In this document: positions 20,077 to 29,967 of the stretch, in pieces | How positions within the stretch are numbered: the stretch's first letter is position 1 | Layout of the letters: each line of letters starts with the position of its first letter | Source of the DNA: an uncultured virus (IMG/VR IMGVR_UViG_3300027782_003801) | Lineage: Duplodnaviria; Heunggongvirae; Uroviricota; Caudoviricetes | DNA: 64,000 nucleotides | Virus record (IMG/VR): IMGVR_UViG_3300027782_003801 | Reading direction: 5' to 3' (one strand) | Made by a program: the position numbers and the translations under genes | The notes under the pieces: generated by a model | Seen by the model: only the letters and a program-made list of their open reading frames with translations | Database searches by the model: none | Told to the model about the DNA's origin: nothing

Positions 20077-20487
20077 ATGGCATATTCAGATAAAGTGTTG
20101 GATCATTATTCTAACCCCAAGAACGTGGGAACATTAGATAAATCCAAATCAAATGTAGGAACTGGGTTGGTTGGTGCTCCCGAGTGTGGTGATGTAATGA
20201 GATTACAAATTGAGGTTGTAGATAACATTATTACCGATGCTAAATTTAAAACCTTTGGGTGTGGTTCAGCAATCGCATCATCGTCAGTTGCAACCGAATG
20301 GTTAAAAGGTAAAACGTTAGATGAGGCAATCACAATTGATAATATGGATTTGGTTGAGGAATTAAACCTACCACCGGTTAAGATACACTGTTCAGTTTTA
20401 GCACAAGATGCCATACAAACTGCAATAAACGATTATAGAAAGAAACAAGGATTAGAGGAAATAATCTTTGAAGAATCACATGTATAA
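20077..20487 (+). CDS. iscU: Fe-S cluster scaffold IscU
   Basis: MAYSDKVLDHY.NPKNVG, APECGD, FKTFGCGSAIASSS, LPPVKIHCS. Confidence 0.96.
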   Translation: MAYSDKVLDHYSNPKNVGTLDKSKSNVGTGLVGAPECGDVMRLQIEVVDNIITDAKFKTFGCGSAIASSSVATEWLKGKTLDEAITIDNMDLVEELNLPPVKIHCSVLAQDAIQTAINDYRKKQGLEEIIFEESHV

Positions 20488-20499
20488 AAAATATAAATT

Positions 20500-20808
20500 A
20501 TGAGTTTTATTATTGGAAGTAGTTGTGTTGATTGTATGGATACGGCTTGTGCAAATGCGTGTCCGGTTGATTGTATTCACGGACCAATAAATGTTGAAGG
20601 TTCAGGTTCAGAAGTGGGTGAACAAGGTAAGGATGCGTTCCCTGGAGGACAACTTTATATAAATCCTGACAGTTGTATCAATTGTGGAGCTTGTGTACCT
20701 GAATGTCCTGTTAGTGCTATCTATGAAGATGAAGATTTAGCAATTAAGGCTGGCGAAGAAGAATACGTTCATAAAAATTACGAATTCTTTGGTTTAAAAT
20801 ATAATTAA
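20500..20808 (+). CDS. Dicluster ferredoxin (FdxA-like)
   Basis: CVDCMDTACANACPVDC and CINCGACVPECP. Confidence 0.9.
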   Translation: MSFIIGSSCVDCMDTACANACPVDCIHGPINVEGSGSEVGEQGKDAFPGGQLYINPDSCINCGACVPECPVSAIYEDEDLAIKAGEEEYVHKNYEFFGLKYN

Positions 20809-20809
20809 A

Positions 20810-21139
20810 ATGGTTACAGTATCGGATAAAGCACTTGAACATGTTGTTGAGTTGATGATGGAAAAAGGAATAACACCTGACACCCATTTTCTTCGTGTTG
20901 GAGTTAAAGGAGGTGGTTGTAGTGGTTTATCTTATGCTATGGATTTTGACAATAATGTAACAGACATGGATGAAGTCGTTGATTTAAATGTATTGAGGGT
21001 GATTATAGATAAAAAATCACTTTTATATCTATATGGTACTGAATTAGATTATTCCGATGGTTTAAACGGAAGAGGTTTTAATTGGATTAACCCAAATTCC
21101 AGCCGAACTTGCGGTTGTGGAGAAAGTTTTGCTCTCTAA
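20810..21139 (+). CDS. iscA: A-type Fe-S carrier IscA/HesB
   Basis: RVGVKGGGCSGLSY, GTELDY, NPN..TCGCGESF. Confidence 0.93.
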   Translation: MVTVSDKALEHVVELMMEKGITPDTHFLRVGVKGGGCSGLSYAMDFDNNVTDMDEVVDLNVLRVIIDKKSLLYLYGTELDYSDGLNGRGFNWINPNSSRTCGCGESFAL

Positions 21140-21175
21140 TTTTTATTTTTCATTTATTTTTATTATATTATACCT

Positions 21176-21790
21176 ATGAAGGTATTAGAATTATTTGCGG
21201 GTAGTCGTTCCGTCGGAAAGATTGCCGAAAAACTTGGTATGGAAGTTTTCTCTTCTGACCTAATTGACTTTGAAGGTATTAACTACGCGGTTAGTATATT
21301 AGATTTTGATTATGAGAAAGTTCCATTTAAACCAGATGTAATATGGGCGTCACCACCTTGTACAGGATTTAGTGTTGCGGCTATAGGTCACCATTGGACT
21401 GGTGGTAAAGGGGCTTATATCCCTAACACCGATACCGCACGATTAGGTATAGAACTCGTAAAGAAAACATTAGAGATTATTGACCACTATAAACCCCAAC
21501 ATTGGTTTATGGAAAACCCTCGAGGATTACTTCGTAAAATGGATTTGGTTCAAAATTTGAAACGTCAAACAGTTACCTATTGTCAATACGGTGATGAACG
21601 TATGAAACCAACCGACATATGGACTAACAGTGATGTGTGGGTTCCTCGTAAGATGTGTAAGAATGGTAACCCTTGTCACGTTGCAGCACCAAGAGGATCA
21701 AGAACTGGAACACAAGGTAGAGCTAACGCATATGAAAGAAGTAAGATACCCGAAGACCTTTGTTATGAAATATTAAAAAGTTGTTTATAA
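21176..21790 (+). CDS. Short DNA cytosine methyltransferase-like protein
   Basis: LELFAG, WASPPC, MENP, YCQYG..KPTDIW. Confidence 0.8.
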   Translation: MKVLELFAGSRSVGKIAEKLGMEVFSSDLIDFEGINYAVSILDFDYEKVPFKPDVIWASPPCTGFSVAAIGHHWTGGKGAYIPNTDTARLGIELVKKTLEIIDHYKPQHWFMENPRGLLRKMDLVQNLKRQTVTYCQYGDERMKPTDIWTNSDVWVPRKMCKNGNPCHVAAPRGSRTGTQGRANAYERSKIPEDLCYEILKSCL

Positions 21791-21805
21791 ATTAAAAATT
21801 AGATT

Positions 21806-21913
21806 ATGGAAATAGTAATTATTTTAGGATTTGTTGTTTTTGCGGTGTTCGCCGTGTTTGGTACAATAAACATGATTAGACAAATTAATAAAATACCAAA
21901 TGAAAAAGATTAA
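21806..21913 (+). CDS. Small membrane protein (35 aa)
   Basis: Manual translation MEIVIILGFVVFAVFAVFG... Confidence 0.5.
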   Translation: MEIVIILGFVVFAVFAVFGTINMIRQINKIPNEKD

Positions 21914-22583
21914 ACATCCTTTAGTTAAAGGCGCCGTTAAAGAAATCATTCCGAGAATATATTGTGCTCAAGTTGATGATGATTATGATAGAGCGATGTT
22001 GTTCTGTCGTTATCAAGAGTACTATGAATCACCATATAAAAAATTTAGAAATAAATCATTTACTTGGATGGAGTATATGAGACATTATAAATCCGCATGG
22101 AAGAAAAGAACATTTACCTATCCCGATGATTGGGCAGGATATAACATCCCAAGTAATGTAATGCAAAGAGCAAATCACATATTTTGTAAAGAAACAGAGT
22201 ACGATGAAATAATGAATGACATTTATTTTTATTGTGCAATTGATTCACAAAATAAAAATAATGGAACAAGATGCGATTGGTATTTGATTGGTGCAAGTTC
22301 TAAAGATAAAGGAACAATGAACCACGAAATTGCGCACGGTTTATATTTCACCAACAAAGAATATAAGAAAAAAGTAAACGAACTTATCAACAATATTAAA
22401 CCAACTCATTACGGTAAGTTAAAAAAGAAACTTATTAAAATGGGATATGTTGACGATAATAAAATTATTGATGATGAAATTCAAGCGTTCATGTCAACGG
22501 GGTTATATAATGGATTGAACACAAAGGAACTAAAAGTTTACGAAAAAGAATTTAAAAATAATTTTAAAAAATTTACAAAATAA
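21900..22583 (+). CDS. Hypothetical protein with HExxH (zincin-like) motif
   Basis: FCRYQEYYES, HEIAHG, DDEIQAF. Confidence 0.6.
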   Translation: MKKIKHPLVKGAVKEIIPRIYCAQVDDDYDRAMLFCRYQEYYESPYKKFRNKSFTWMEYMRHYKSAWKKRTFTYPDDWAGYNIPSNVMQRANHIFCKETEYDEIMNDIYFYCAIDSQNKNNGTRCDWYLIGASSKDKGTMNHEIAHGLYFTNKEYKKKVNELINNIKPTHYGKLKKKLIKMGYVDDNKIIDDEIQAFMSTGLYNGLNTKELKVYEKEFKNNFKKFTK

Positions 22584-22584
22584 T

Positions 22585-23199
22585 ATGGCAACATTATGGA
22601 TATTTGGTGATTCTTTTAGTATGGATTATAATGAGGATAACACTACAAATATGATTGAGTATGTTAAATGGAAAGGAAAAAAAATTAAAACATATGGTAA
22701 TTTTGTTTCCGAAACATTAAATTATAAATTAAAAAATTTAGCGGAAGGTGGTTCAGACAACTATACTATTTTTAACGTTTTATGTGATAATATAGAACAC
22801 ATAAAAGAAAATGACATTGTAATAATTGGATGGGCACCAAAAACTAGATTTAGGATTGCAAATACAAATGGTAAATGGATGATTTTAAATGGTAATTTTA
22901 CAGGTAATGAAGGTGATTTCATTGAAAATGTTAAAAATCGTACAATTAATGAAATATTAGTAAATCGATTTGAAAATGACATTTATAAAAGTGAAATTAA
23001 ATCTTGGGTTAATTTAATAAAGGTTGCGTTAAAAAATAACATAGTATATGATTGGCATTGGATAGATGATTTTTTAGAAACAACCAAAACATTTGAATTA
23101 ATATCGCAAGAAACAAACGGATTAATACAAGATACGCATTGGACAGAAGATGGACATGAAAAATTTTCTAAAATTATATTAGAAATTATAAAAAAATAA
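22585..23199 (+). CDS. SGNH/GDSL-like protein
   Basis: FGDSFS, GGSDN, IGW..R, DTHWTEDGH. Confidence 0.7.
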   Translation: MATLWIFGDSFSMDYNEDNTTNMIEYVKWKGKKIKTYGNFVSETLNYKLKNLAEGGSDNYTIFNVLCDNIEHIKENDIVIIGWAPKTRFRIANTNGKWMILNGNFTGNEGDFIENVKNRTINEILVNRFENDIYKSEIKSWVNLIKVALKNNIVYDWHWIDDFLETTKTFELISQETNGLIQDTHWTEDGHEKFSKIILEIIKK

Positions 23200-23202
23200 A
23201 AT

Positions 23203-23370
23203 ATGGGATACGTAATCGGTATTGGATGTAGTTTTGTTTTAGCGGTAATAGTCGCTTTCTTTTGGGTTAGAGGTATTGACCATATGAAAGAGAACCATCC
23301 AGATTATAAGGCAGACGACCTATTTGGTAAGTTTGATGATGACGAATACGATGAGGATCACCCAAGATAA
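23203..23370 (+). CDS. Small membrane protein (55 aa)
   Basis: Manual translation ...FWVRGIDHMKENHPDYK... Confidence 0.65.
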   Translation: MGYVIGIGCSFVLAVIVAFFWVRGIDHMKENHPDYKADDLFGKFDDDEYDEDHPR

Positions 23371-23397
23371 TTCAAAAATCCTGATATTTATAATCGT

Positions 23398-24882
23398 ATG
23401 AAGAAAAGAACCTTACAGGAAGAATTAGAAAGAATACACGGTATAACCTATGGTGAAGAGGTACTTAAAGAAGGATTTCTTGATTTTTTATTGGGAAAAA
23501 CTAAAGATGGTGGTATCGAAAAGAAAGTTGATGAACCTGGTAAAGCCGATTTAGTTTCTAATGACATCCAAGATTTTTACGATACCATTCAAAAATCAAT
23601 TGAAAATGGTGGGTTGAAAGAACAAAGTTTAGGTTCAATGACCTATCAAAAAGAGGTTGAATCGATGCAAATTGGGTTGATGTTACTTGGTTACGATTTA
23701 CCAAAACATGGTGTAGATGGTCTATTTGGACCTGAAACTGCAAGTTCAGTTCAAAAATTCGCCACAGATAATAATATTAACATCACTTCAGAAAATCCGA
23801 TAAAAGAATCGGTGCAAAAAATCAAATTAAGTTTGTTAGAGGTGGCATTAATTTCCCCATTAGACAAAACATCAGTCAATTCGGGATTTGGTTCACGAGG
23901 TGGTGGTTCACATAACGGTGTCGATTTGGCGGCAAATGCCGCACAAGTTAAATCGCCAGCAGATGGTATTGTAGAGGTTGGTGAAATAAAAAATGATGAT
24001 TGCGGTGGTACTATCATTATAAATCACGCAGGTGGATTCAAGACAGGATACTGTCACATGCAAAAAATTAATGTCAAAGCGGGACAACAAGTTAAACAAG
24101 GTGACGTTTTAGGTATAAGTGGTGGAGATTCAAGTGATGTTGGTCATGGTAGGAGCGACGGGAGACATCTACATTTTACATTAAGAAAAGACGGTCAGTT
24201 AGTTAATCCATTGGATTACATAAACAAGAGTGGTATTGTAATGACAGGAGGAGTACAACAATCTTCTCAAGGTTCAAATATTGACGCTACACCCGAATTA
24301 TTAACAAAACTTTTGGGGTTGCTCAAACAAAAGGGCGTCACTTCAGAAGAATTGAATCAATACATTGATAAAGTAGTAACAGGTGGGGGTGCTCAATTTA
24401 CCGATTTAGATTTAACTAAATCAGAAGATTTTGAAAAGTATTCTAAAATCTGTCAAAAATTTATTGATACACGAAAACCTAACTTATTGAATATCACAGG
24501 TGCAATGATGGCAACTGCAGCTAAACAAGCATTTGATAAGTATCAAAAATTTGTACCAGCTGAATTAGCATTAGCTCAATTAGCAACAGAAGGTGGTATT
24601 GGTAACAACGACCCAAATAGTAGACCGATTAAGACACGTAATCCATTTAATGTAGGGAACACGGATAATGGTACCGATGTAGTTCATGGAGATGTCCAAT
24701 CAGGAATTAACACGTATTATAATTTAATTGCAAATAGATACTTAGGTAAAGGTAAAACAGCTAACGATTTAGTTAGTAACTTTGTAAATCATTCAGGATT
24801 AAGATACGCCGGACCTGATTATGAGAAATCAGTAAACTCAATAGCTTCCCAAGCTAACAAAATCGCTCAAACAGTAGCTTAA
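23398..24882 (+). CDS. Multidomain peptidoglycan hydrolase: PG-binding + M23 peptidase + glucosaminidase/lysozyme-like
   Basis: GVDGLFGPET; HNGVD, YCHM, HLHF; LALAQLATEG..NPFNVG. Confidence 0.85.
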   Translation: MKKRTLQEELERIHGITYGEEVLKEGFLDFLLGKTKDGGIEKKVDEPGKADLVSNDIQDFYDTIQKSIENGGLKEQSLGSMTYQKEVESMQIGLMLLGYDLPKHGVDGLFGPETASSVQKFATDNNINITSENPIKESVQKIKLSLLEVALISPLDKTSVNSGFGSRGGGSHNGVDLAANAAQVKSPADGIVEVGEIKNDDCGGTIIINHAGGFKTGYCHMQKINVKAGQQVKQGDVLGISGGDSSDVGHGRSDGRHLHFTLRKDGQLVNPLDYINKSGIVMTGGVQQSSQGSNIDATPELLTKLLGLLKQKGVTSEELNQYIDKVVTGGGAQFTDLDLTKSEDFEKYSKICQKFIDTRKPNLLNITGAMMATAAKQAFDKYQKFVPAELALAQLATEGGIGNNDPNSRPIKTRNPFNVGNTDNGTDVVHGDVQSGINTYYNLIANRYLGKGKTANDLVSNFVNHSGLRYAGPDYEKSVNSIASQANKIAQTVA

Positions 24883-24946
24883 TATTTCTTTATTTATTTT
24901 TTATTACAAAATAAATTATTTAAATTAGTATTCTAAAACTTAATTT

Positions 24947-25366
24947 ATGCCAAACGAAATTTGTATCCTTTGCGGAAAAGAAACTAATGTAGACATTAAC
25001 ACACACATAGACCATAGATATGGTTATGTTGAAGGTGCTGGTCAATGTTGTAAAGAATGTTATAATAAGACCTCAAACATTGAAGAGGATTATGTAACGA
25101 GAACCATGAAAAATCGTACAACCTTACTCACAATTTCAGCTGAAGATATTTTAGGGACACCTAACGATATGCAATTGGGGGCAAAAGTTAGACAACAATA
25201 TTGGGATACCTATGGTAAACCTGAAAAGGTACCTAATCCGTGGGTTTGTGGTTTATGTGGTAAAGACACATCTAATGTTGATTATGATTACTTAATGGGA
25301 GTAGACCATATCGAATGTCATTTAAAGGAAGAAATGAAGAATGACCCGTCTTGGAACGTGAACTAA
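24947..25366 (+). CDS. Cys-rich zinc-finger-like hypothetical protein
   Basis: CxxC pairs (CILC, CKEC, CGLC, HIEC). Confidence 0.65.
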   Translation: MPNEICILCGKETNVDINTHIDHRYGYVEGAGQCCKECYNKTSNIEEDYVTRTMKNRTTLLTISAEDILGTPNDMQLGAKVRQQYWDTYGKPEKVPNPWVCGLCGKDTSNVDYDYLMGVDHIECHLKEEMKNDPSWNVN

Positions 25367-25410
25367 ATTAAATAATTGGAGTATTTATATACACATAGAA
25401 GTATACTCAA

Positions 25411-26601
25411 ATGAAAGAAATATCAAAGAAAGATTTATTAGTTCAATTACAGGAACAATCTGACGTAGATGAAATGGCCTATAACCAAAAGGGAACACAG
25501 GATACATCAGGTAAAATCGCTAAGTTCAGACCTATCTTTAAATCAGATAACACAACTAACATACCAGATGGTTGGGCTATTAATAAAGATAAAGTGGCGG
25601 GAGAAGAACGTATTTGGATACCTTTAGATGGTAGTGAATTAGAAGCTTTTAAAGAAGTAAACCAAGAATGGTTGGATTCTTTAACTGACAAATATGGTAA
25701 AGAACCTGAATTGGTGGCAGCTAAAAGAATTAAAGACCAACCAAGGAGTGCAAAAGTGGGTACATCATATCAACATTCTGGAGTTAATAAACCAGCAACA
25801 ACAAAGATTAAGATTGAATTGAATCGTTTGGTTGAAGAATACTTAGGTAATCCTGAAGTATCGGCTCGTTTAGAAAGATTAAGTATTCCTGAAGTTAAAT
25901 CAAGAGATAGAAAACATTTGGATAGATATGGTAGAGTTGATAATGACCAAGTCAATTATCAAACACATACATTCAATTCTTATTTATCTTCAACTCAATT
26001 TCTTCAGTTTGTTACGGCGAGAATTACAGGTAAAAAGTTAGAGGACGATTATAAATCATATCATTTGGCTCGGCAGTTCAACCAAAACTACATGAATTGG
26101 GAAGAAACAAAAAAGAACAGTAAACAATATTTGGGTAAAACACCGGCTTATATGTTAGATGCTTTTGGTTTTGATGAAACTAATTTAGATGTAACAGTTA
26201 GAATGGATTTATCAATCAAAGGACAAATGCTTGATAATCAATATCTATGGACTGTTAGATTTAAAACTAAATTCGGTAGAAAACTTAAAGAAGATAGATG
26301 GGTTAACGGTTTAACATTGGATAAAGACCTTACGTTTAGAAAGACAGCTGAATTAGAACCAGGAACACAGTTTGATGATAAAATGACGGTTATGGATAGT
26401 TTACCTATCAAGACCTCACTTATTGAAGCATTGGATGAATTAAGAGATACTATAATGACTAAATTTAAACCAGTTGAGACATTGAAACTCGCTAACGTAA
26501 AACAATACGATATCACCAAAAAACCTAATGTAAACGAAGGGGTTGAGATTGCTAAAGAAGTTATTAAAAGAATAGATAAACTTAAAAAGTTAAAAAAATA
26601 A
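25411..26601 (+). CDS. Hypothetical protein, possibly virion-internal
   Basis: TATTTATA upstream; N-terminal LQE..DEMA. Confidence 0.65.
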   Translation: MKEISKKDLLVQLQEQSDVDEMAYNQKGTQDTSGKIAKFRPIFKSDNTTNIPDGWAINKDKVAGEERIWIPLDGSELEAFKEVNQEWLDSLTDKYGKEPELVAAKRIKDQPRSAKVGTSYQHSGVNKPATTKIKIELNRLVEEYLGNPEVSARLERLSIPEVKSRDRKHLDRYGRVDNDQVNYQTHTFNSYLSSTQFLQFVTARITGKKLEDDYKSYHLARQFNQNYMNWEETKKNSKQYLGKTPAYMLDAFGFDETNLDVTVRMDLSIKGQMLDNQYLWTVRFKTKFGRKLKEDRWVNGLTLDKDLTFRKTAELEPGTQFDDKMTVMDSLPIKTSLIEALDELRDTIMTKFKPVETLKLANVKQYDITKKPNVNEGVEIAKEVIKRIDKLKKLKK

Positions 26602-26655
26602 TAAGCCCCTCCCTGGATAGTATTCATGGACTGACACACGTACGTGTTTCGCTAT

Positions 26656-26686
26656 AATCCTCACAGAAATGTGGGGATTTTTTTTT
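26656..26686 (+). terminator. Intrinsic terminator
   Basis: aatcctcac/gtggggatt stem followed by T-run. Confidence 0.7.
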
Positions 26687-26729
26687 GTATTATTTTGTAT
26701 ATTCAAAAACATTTCATATCTTTGTTGGT

Positions 26730-27149
26730 ATGAATATATTACTAATAATTTTTCTAATATTGGTTTGGGTAACCTCATCTGTATATGTGATGTATTATCA
26801 TAATAAACATTACACATTAGGTTTGGATATGGTAATAGGTGCGATATTATTAGGACCAATATTAGCTTTAATAGTAGGAAAGGATGTTGAAGAGAAGAAG
26901 AAATATTATGGGGTAATGGAACAGGAGAGTAATGATAGACATAGAGGATGGTTTAGAACAATGTCAGAAATTAATAGACAACGAATGACAAGTTTTGGTA
27001 GGTCCATTCCACCTCCACCACCGATATCACGAATTGCTCAATCACAATCAGAAAGAGAAACGGCAATTAGGTCAGCAATAGAAAGAATAGATAAAAATAA
27101 AATAAAGGACTTCAAATTTTTAAGAAGCAATGTTAAAGATACCGAATGA
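26730..27149 (+). CDS. Membrane protein with C-terminal DFKFLR tag
   Basis: Start after TATCTTTG promoter (26717); two TM helices; ends KIKDFKFLRSNVKDTE. Confidence 0.7.
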   Translation: MNILLIIFLILVWVTSSVYVMYYHNKHYTLGLDMVIGAILLGPILALIVGKDVEEKKKYYGVMEQESNDRHRGWFRTMSEINRQRMTSFGRSIPPPPPISRIAQSQSERETAIRSAIERIDKNKIKDFKFLRSNVKDTE

Positions 27150-27783
27150 TAGAAAAGTATGGGTGACTTCGGATTCGCACTATGGTCACACAAACATATG
27201 TCGTGGAATAACTAATTGGAGATTACCTAATGGTGATGTACCAGAGAAACAAACGCGCCCATTTGAAACATTGGATAAGATGAACGCTTCGATTGTAAAC
27301 AACATCAATGAGGTTGTTGGTCAGGATGATGTGTTGATACATTTTGGTGATTGGTCATTTGGTGGATTTGAAACCATAGAAGAGTTCCGTAATAGAATAT
27401 GGTGTAAAGAAATACATTTGATTTACGGCAATCATGATCATCATTTGGTTAACAATAGAGATAACTGTCAGAAACTATTTACATCAACACAATGGTTCTT
27501 ACAATTGAACTATATGGGTGAGACAATGGAATGTATGCACTTTCCTATCCTGTCATGGAATGGATTGGGTAAGGGTCGTATACACCTTCACGGACATTCT
27601 CACCTCAGTAATGAAAAGAAAATATCATTTAGGAGAATGGATGTTGGTATGGACGGACATCCTGAATTTAGACCTTACGATTTACATAGGGAGATAATGA
27701 ATCCAATGAAGAAACAACCGATAGGTTCCGAACTTGGAGCTGACGAACATCATATTGATAAATTGAAAAATGTTGTGGGATAA
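27130..27783 (+). CDS. Calcineurin-like metallophosphoesterase
   Basis: SDSHYGH, FGD, GNHD, HLHGHSH, DVGMD. Confidence 0.88.
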   Translation: MLKIPNDRKVWVTSDSHYGHTNICRGITNWRLPNGDVPEKQTRPFETLDKMNASIVNNINEVVGQDDVLIHFGDWSFGGFETIEEFRNRIWCKEIHLIYGNHDHHLVNNRDNCQKLFTSTQWFLQLNYMGETMECMHFPILSWNGLGKGRIHLHGHSHLSNEKKISFRRMDVGMDGHPEFRPYDLHREIMNPMKKQPIGSELGADEHHIDKLKNVVG

Positions 27784-27818
27784 TTTCTTTATTCCATAAT
27801 TTTTATTTATATTATATC

Positions 27819-28061
27819 ATGACTTTAGAAGAAATAATTGAAATGTTTCCTGAGGAGGAGTTCTTAACTGCAGATGGTTTTGATGGTGCAATAGTTGGTG
27901 TTGAACCAAACACAATGAGATTGGTATATAACAGGGATTACATGGTGAGAACTTTGATTATGAAAGATAAGATGACAAGAGATGAATCAATTGAATTTTT
28001 AGAGTTTAATGTGTTTTCGGCACATATGGGAGACAAGACACCGATTTATATTGAAATTTAA
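27819..28061 (+). CDS. Conserved-looking small phage protein
   Basis: ADGFDGAIVG..VY..EFLEFNV...G.KTP. Confidence 0.7.
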   Translation: MTLEEIIEMFPEEEFLTADGFDGAIVGVEPNTMRLVYNRDYMVRTLIMKDKMTRDESIEFLEFNVFSAHMGDKTPIYIEI

Positions 28062-28072
28062 AATTATATTAT

Positions 28073-28357
28073 ATGATGTTATTTGTGATTATTTTATTAG
28101 TGATTTTTGTTGTAGTACCCGGTGTTATTTTTTTTAAGATGGAAATAGATATGACCAACGATAGATTACGATGGTTGGAAGAAAGATTGACTAAGTTAGA
28201 AAAGGACGCTGTTAAGATTACATTTACAGGTAAATCAAATCCAAAACAATTTCCTGAAATTAAAAGTGAGGAACCATTTGTAAAAACCAGAACCAAACGT
28301 AAACCCAAAACAATAAAGGATTGGGAGGATGAATTTGATATAGGAGGGAACCAATAA
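28073..28357 (+). CDS. Membrane-anchored hypothetical protein
   Basis: N-terminal TM segment; coupled to next gene. Confidence 0.6.
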   Translation: MMLFVIILLVIFVVVPGVIFFKMEIDMTNDRLRWLEERLTKLEKDAVKITFTGKSNPKQFPEIKSEEPFVKTRTKRKPKTIKDWEDEFDIGGNQ

Positions 28358-28896
28358 TGAAATTTAATAAGACAGACGTAGAAGGTTGTTATGTAATAAC
28401 CTACGACACATATGTTGATGAACGTGGGTATTTCGCCGTACCATACAATAAAGATATATTGAATAGTAATGTGGGTTATGATGTGGAGTTCGTTCAGGAT
28501 AATATGTCATATTCTCATTTAGGGACCATTAGAGGACTTCATTTTCAAACTGGTGAGTATGAACAGGCTAAACTTGTTACGTGTATCAGTGGTCGTGTGT
28601 TGGACGTTATTGTTGACATCAGAAAGGATTCCCCAAGTTATGGTAAGGTTGTTGAGATAGAACTTGGTTGGACACGAAACAAACAAGTGTTTATACCCAG
28701 AGGATGTGCTCATGGGTTCTCGGCGTTAAGTGATAATACGATATTCCAATATAAGGTTGATAACCCATACAACAAGGAAAGTGAAGGTGGAATTATATAC
28801 AACGACCCAACTTTGAACATTGATTGGAGAGTGAGTGATTACTTTAAAAGAATATCCGAAAAGGACTTAGAACTACCCACCTTTTTATCATTATAA
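28357..28896 (+). CDS. rfbC: dTDP-4-dehydrorhamnose 3,5-epimerase
   Basis: DERGYF, FVQDN.S, RGLHFQ, QAKLV, DIRKDSPSYG, AHGF. Confidence 0.93.
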   Translation: MKFNKTDVEGCYVITYDTYVDERGYFAVPYNKDILNSNVGYDVEFVQDNMSYSHLGTIRGLHFQTGEYEQAKLVTCISGRVLDVIVDIRKDSPSYGKVVEIELGWTRNKQVFIPRGCAHGFSALSDNTIFQYKVDNPYNKESEGGIIYNDPTLNIDWRVSDYFKRISEKDLELPTFLSL

Positions 28897-28919
28897 GGTA
28901 TTTATATAAAAAGAATGTT

Positions 28920-29138
28920 ATGTCAAAAGTGGTAAAAATTAAACAATCGGATATTGAACGTATTGTTGAAAATATAGTTTCAAATGAAATGGACCAAGAA
29001 AATTCAATTGCAAAAGAGGAAGAAACAACCGAAGGTATTGATAACCAAGGTGGTGAACAATTTATGGTGGCTAAAAGTGAAGATGGTAAGTTCGCGGTAA
29101 TCAATATCAAAACAGGTGAAGTTTTAGGTATGAAATAA
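28920..29138 (+). CDS. Small putative virion-internal protein
   Basis: TATTTATA upstream; MSKVVKIKQSDIERIVE leader. Confidence 0.6.
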   Translation: MSKVVKIKQSDIERIVENIVSNEMDQENSIAKEEETTEGIDNQGGEQFMVAKSEDGKFAVINIKTGEVLGMK

Positions 29139-29157
29139 AGAATATAAAGTTTTATAA

Positions 29158-29185
29158 TAACCCCAAAGAAATTTGGGGTTTTTTA
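29158..29185 (+). terminator. Intrinsic terminator
   Basis: aaccccaaa/tttggggtt stem followed by T-run. Confidence 0.75.
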
Positions 29186-29195
29186 TTGCTATTTT

Positions 29196-29227
29196 TTTGG
29201 ATATCCAAATTAATTTATTTACCTTTG
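29196..29227 (+). promoter_or_regulatory. Bacteroidota-type promoter (-33 TTTG / -7 TAnnTTTG), representative copy
   Basis: TTTG at 29196, TACCTTTG at 29220; similar -7 boxes at 14436, 17874, 26717, 31811, 33358, 40299, 46318, 50279, 55373, 56777 (+) and 46278, 62465 (-). Confidence 0.8.
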
Positions 29228-29231
29228 TGAT

Positions 29232-29552
29232 ATGAGTTATATTATAGGTAGTAAGTGTGTTAGTTGTATTGATGGGTCCTGTCTAAAGGTGTGTCCCGTT
29301 GATTGTATTAACGGACCTATTGATGTAAAAGGTATGGGTAAAGAATCTATTGGTATGACTGAAGAAGAAAAAGTTGGCAAACAATTATATATTAACCCTG
29401 ATGTGTGTATTGATTGTGGTGCGTGTTTACCTGAATGTCCGGTGGATGCTATTATGCCGACTGAAGAATGGGCAATTAAGGATGGTGAGTTAGAGTATGT
29501 ACACAAGAATTATGAATTTTACGGACAAACATACAAACCTATAAAAAAATGA
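29232..29552 (+). CDS. Dicluster ferredoxin (paralog of 20500..20808)
   Basis: CVSCIDGSCLKVCPVDC, CIDCGACLPECP. Confidence 0.9.
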   Translation: MSYIIGSKCVSCIDGSCLKVCPVDCINGPIDVKGMGKESIGMTEEEKVGKQLYINPDVCIDCGACLPECPVDAIMPTEEWAIKDGELEYVHKNYEFYGQTYKPIKK

Positions 29553-29743
29553 AACCACTAACTTACTACAAAGGACCAGAGATATTCTGGTTCAGAATCT
29601 TTGGATATGGACTATCCTTTAGGTCTAATAAACATGGATTCGTACCATTTTCAATAAGATATGGGTATAGAAAAACTTTTAACATATTTGGATATCGTAT
29701 TGAATTTTTGAAACGAGAAAAAAAGAAACGTTATGGAAGATAA
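29549..29743 (+). CDS. Hypothetical protein
   Basis: Coupled ORF; WFRIFGYG. Confidence 0.6.
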   Translation: MKPLTYYKGPEIFWFRIFGYGLSFRSNKHGFVPFSIRYGYRKTFNIFGYRIEFLKREKKKRYGR

Positions 29744-29966
29744 TGTAATAAACAGATTGGTCCCAAGATTAAGAAAAATTGGCATCGATATTGAACTAAT
29801 TGGTAATATCCCGTGGATTTATTTACGTAAAGTAAATGGAAATACTGTAAAAGAAAGATTTGAAGGAAACCACGGATTTACAATTGCATTTTTACCTTTA
29901 AAAGATCAGAAAATGGAACTTACTGACATAACTAAAATTTTTAAAATAATTAGAAAATACAAATAA
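29733..29966 (+). CDS. Hypothetical protein
   Basis: GNIPWIYL..VNG..GNHGFTI. Confidence 0.65.
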   Translation: MEDNVINRLVPRLRKIGIDIELIGNIPWIYLRKVNGNTVKERFEGNHGFTIAFLPLKDQKMELTDITKIFKIIRKYK

Positions 29967-29967
29967 T

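Noticed and set aside
20106..20414. Antisense ORFs (here and e.g. 2493, 17307, 23751, 26238, 29237, 30300, 55753, 58060, 63374)
   Set aside because: They lie opposite well-supported genes and have no motifs or promoters
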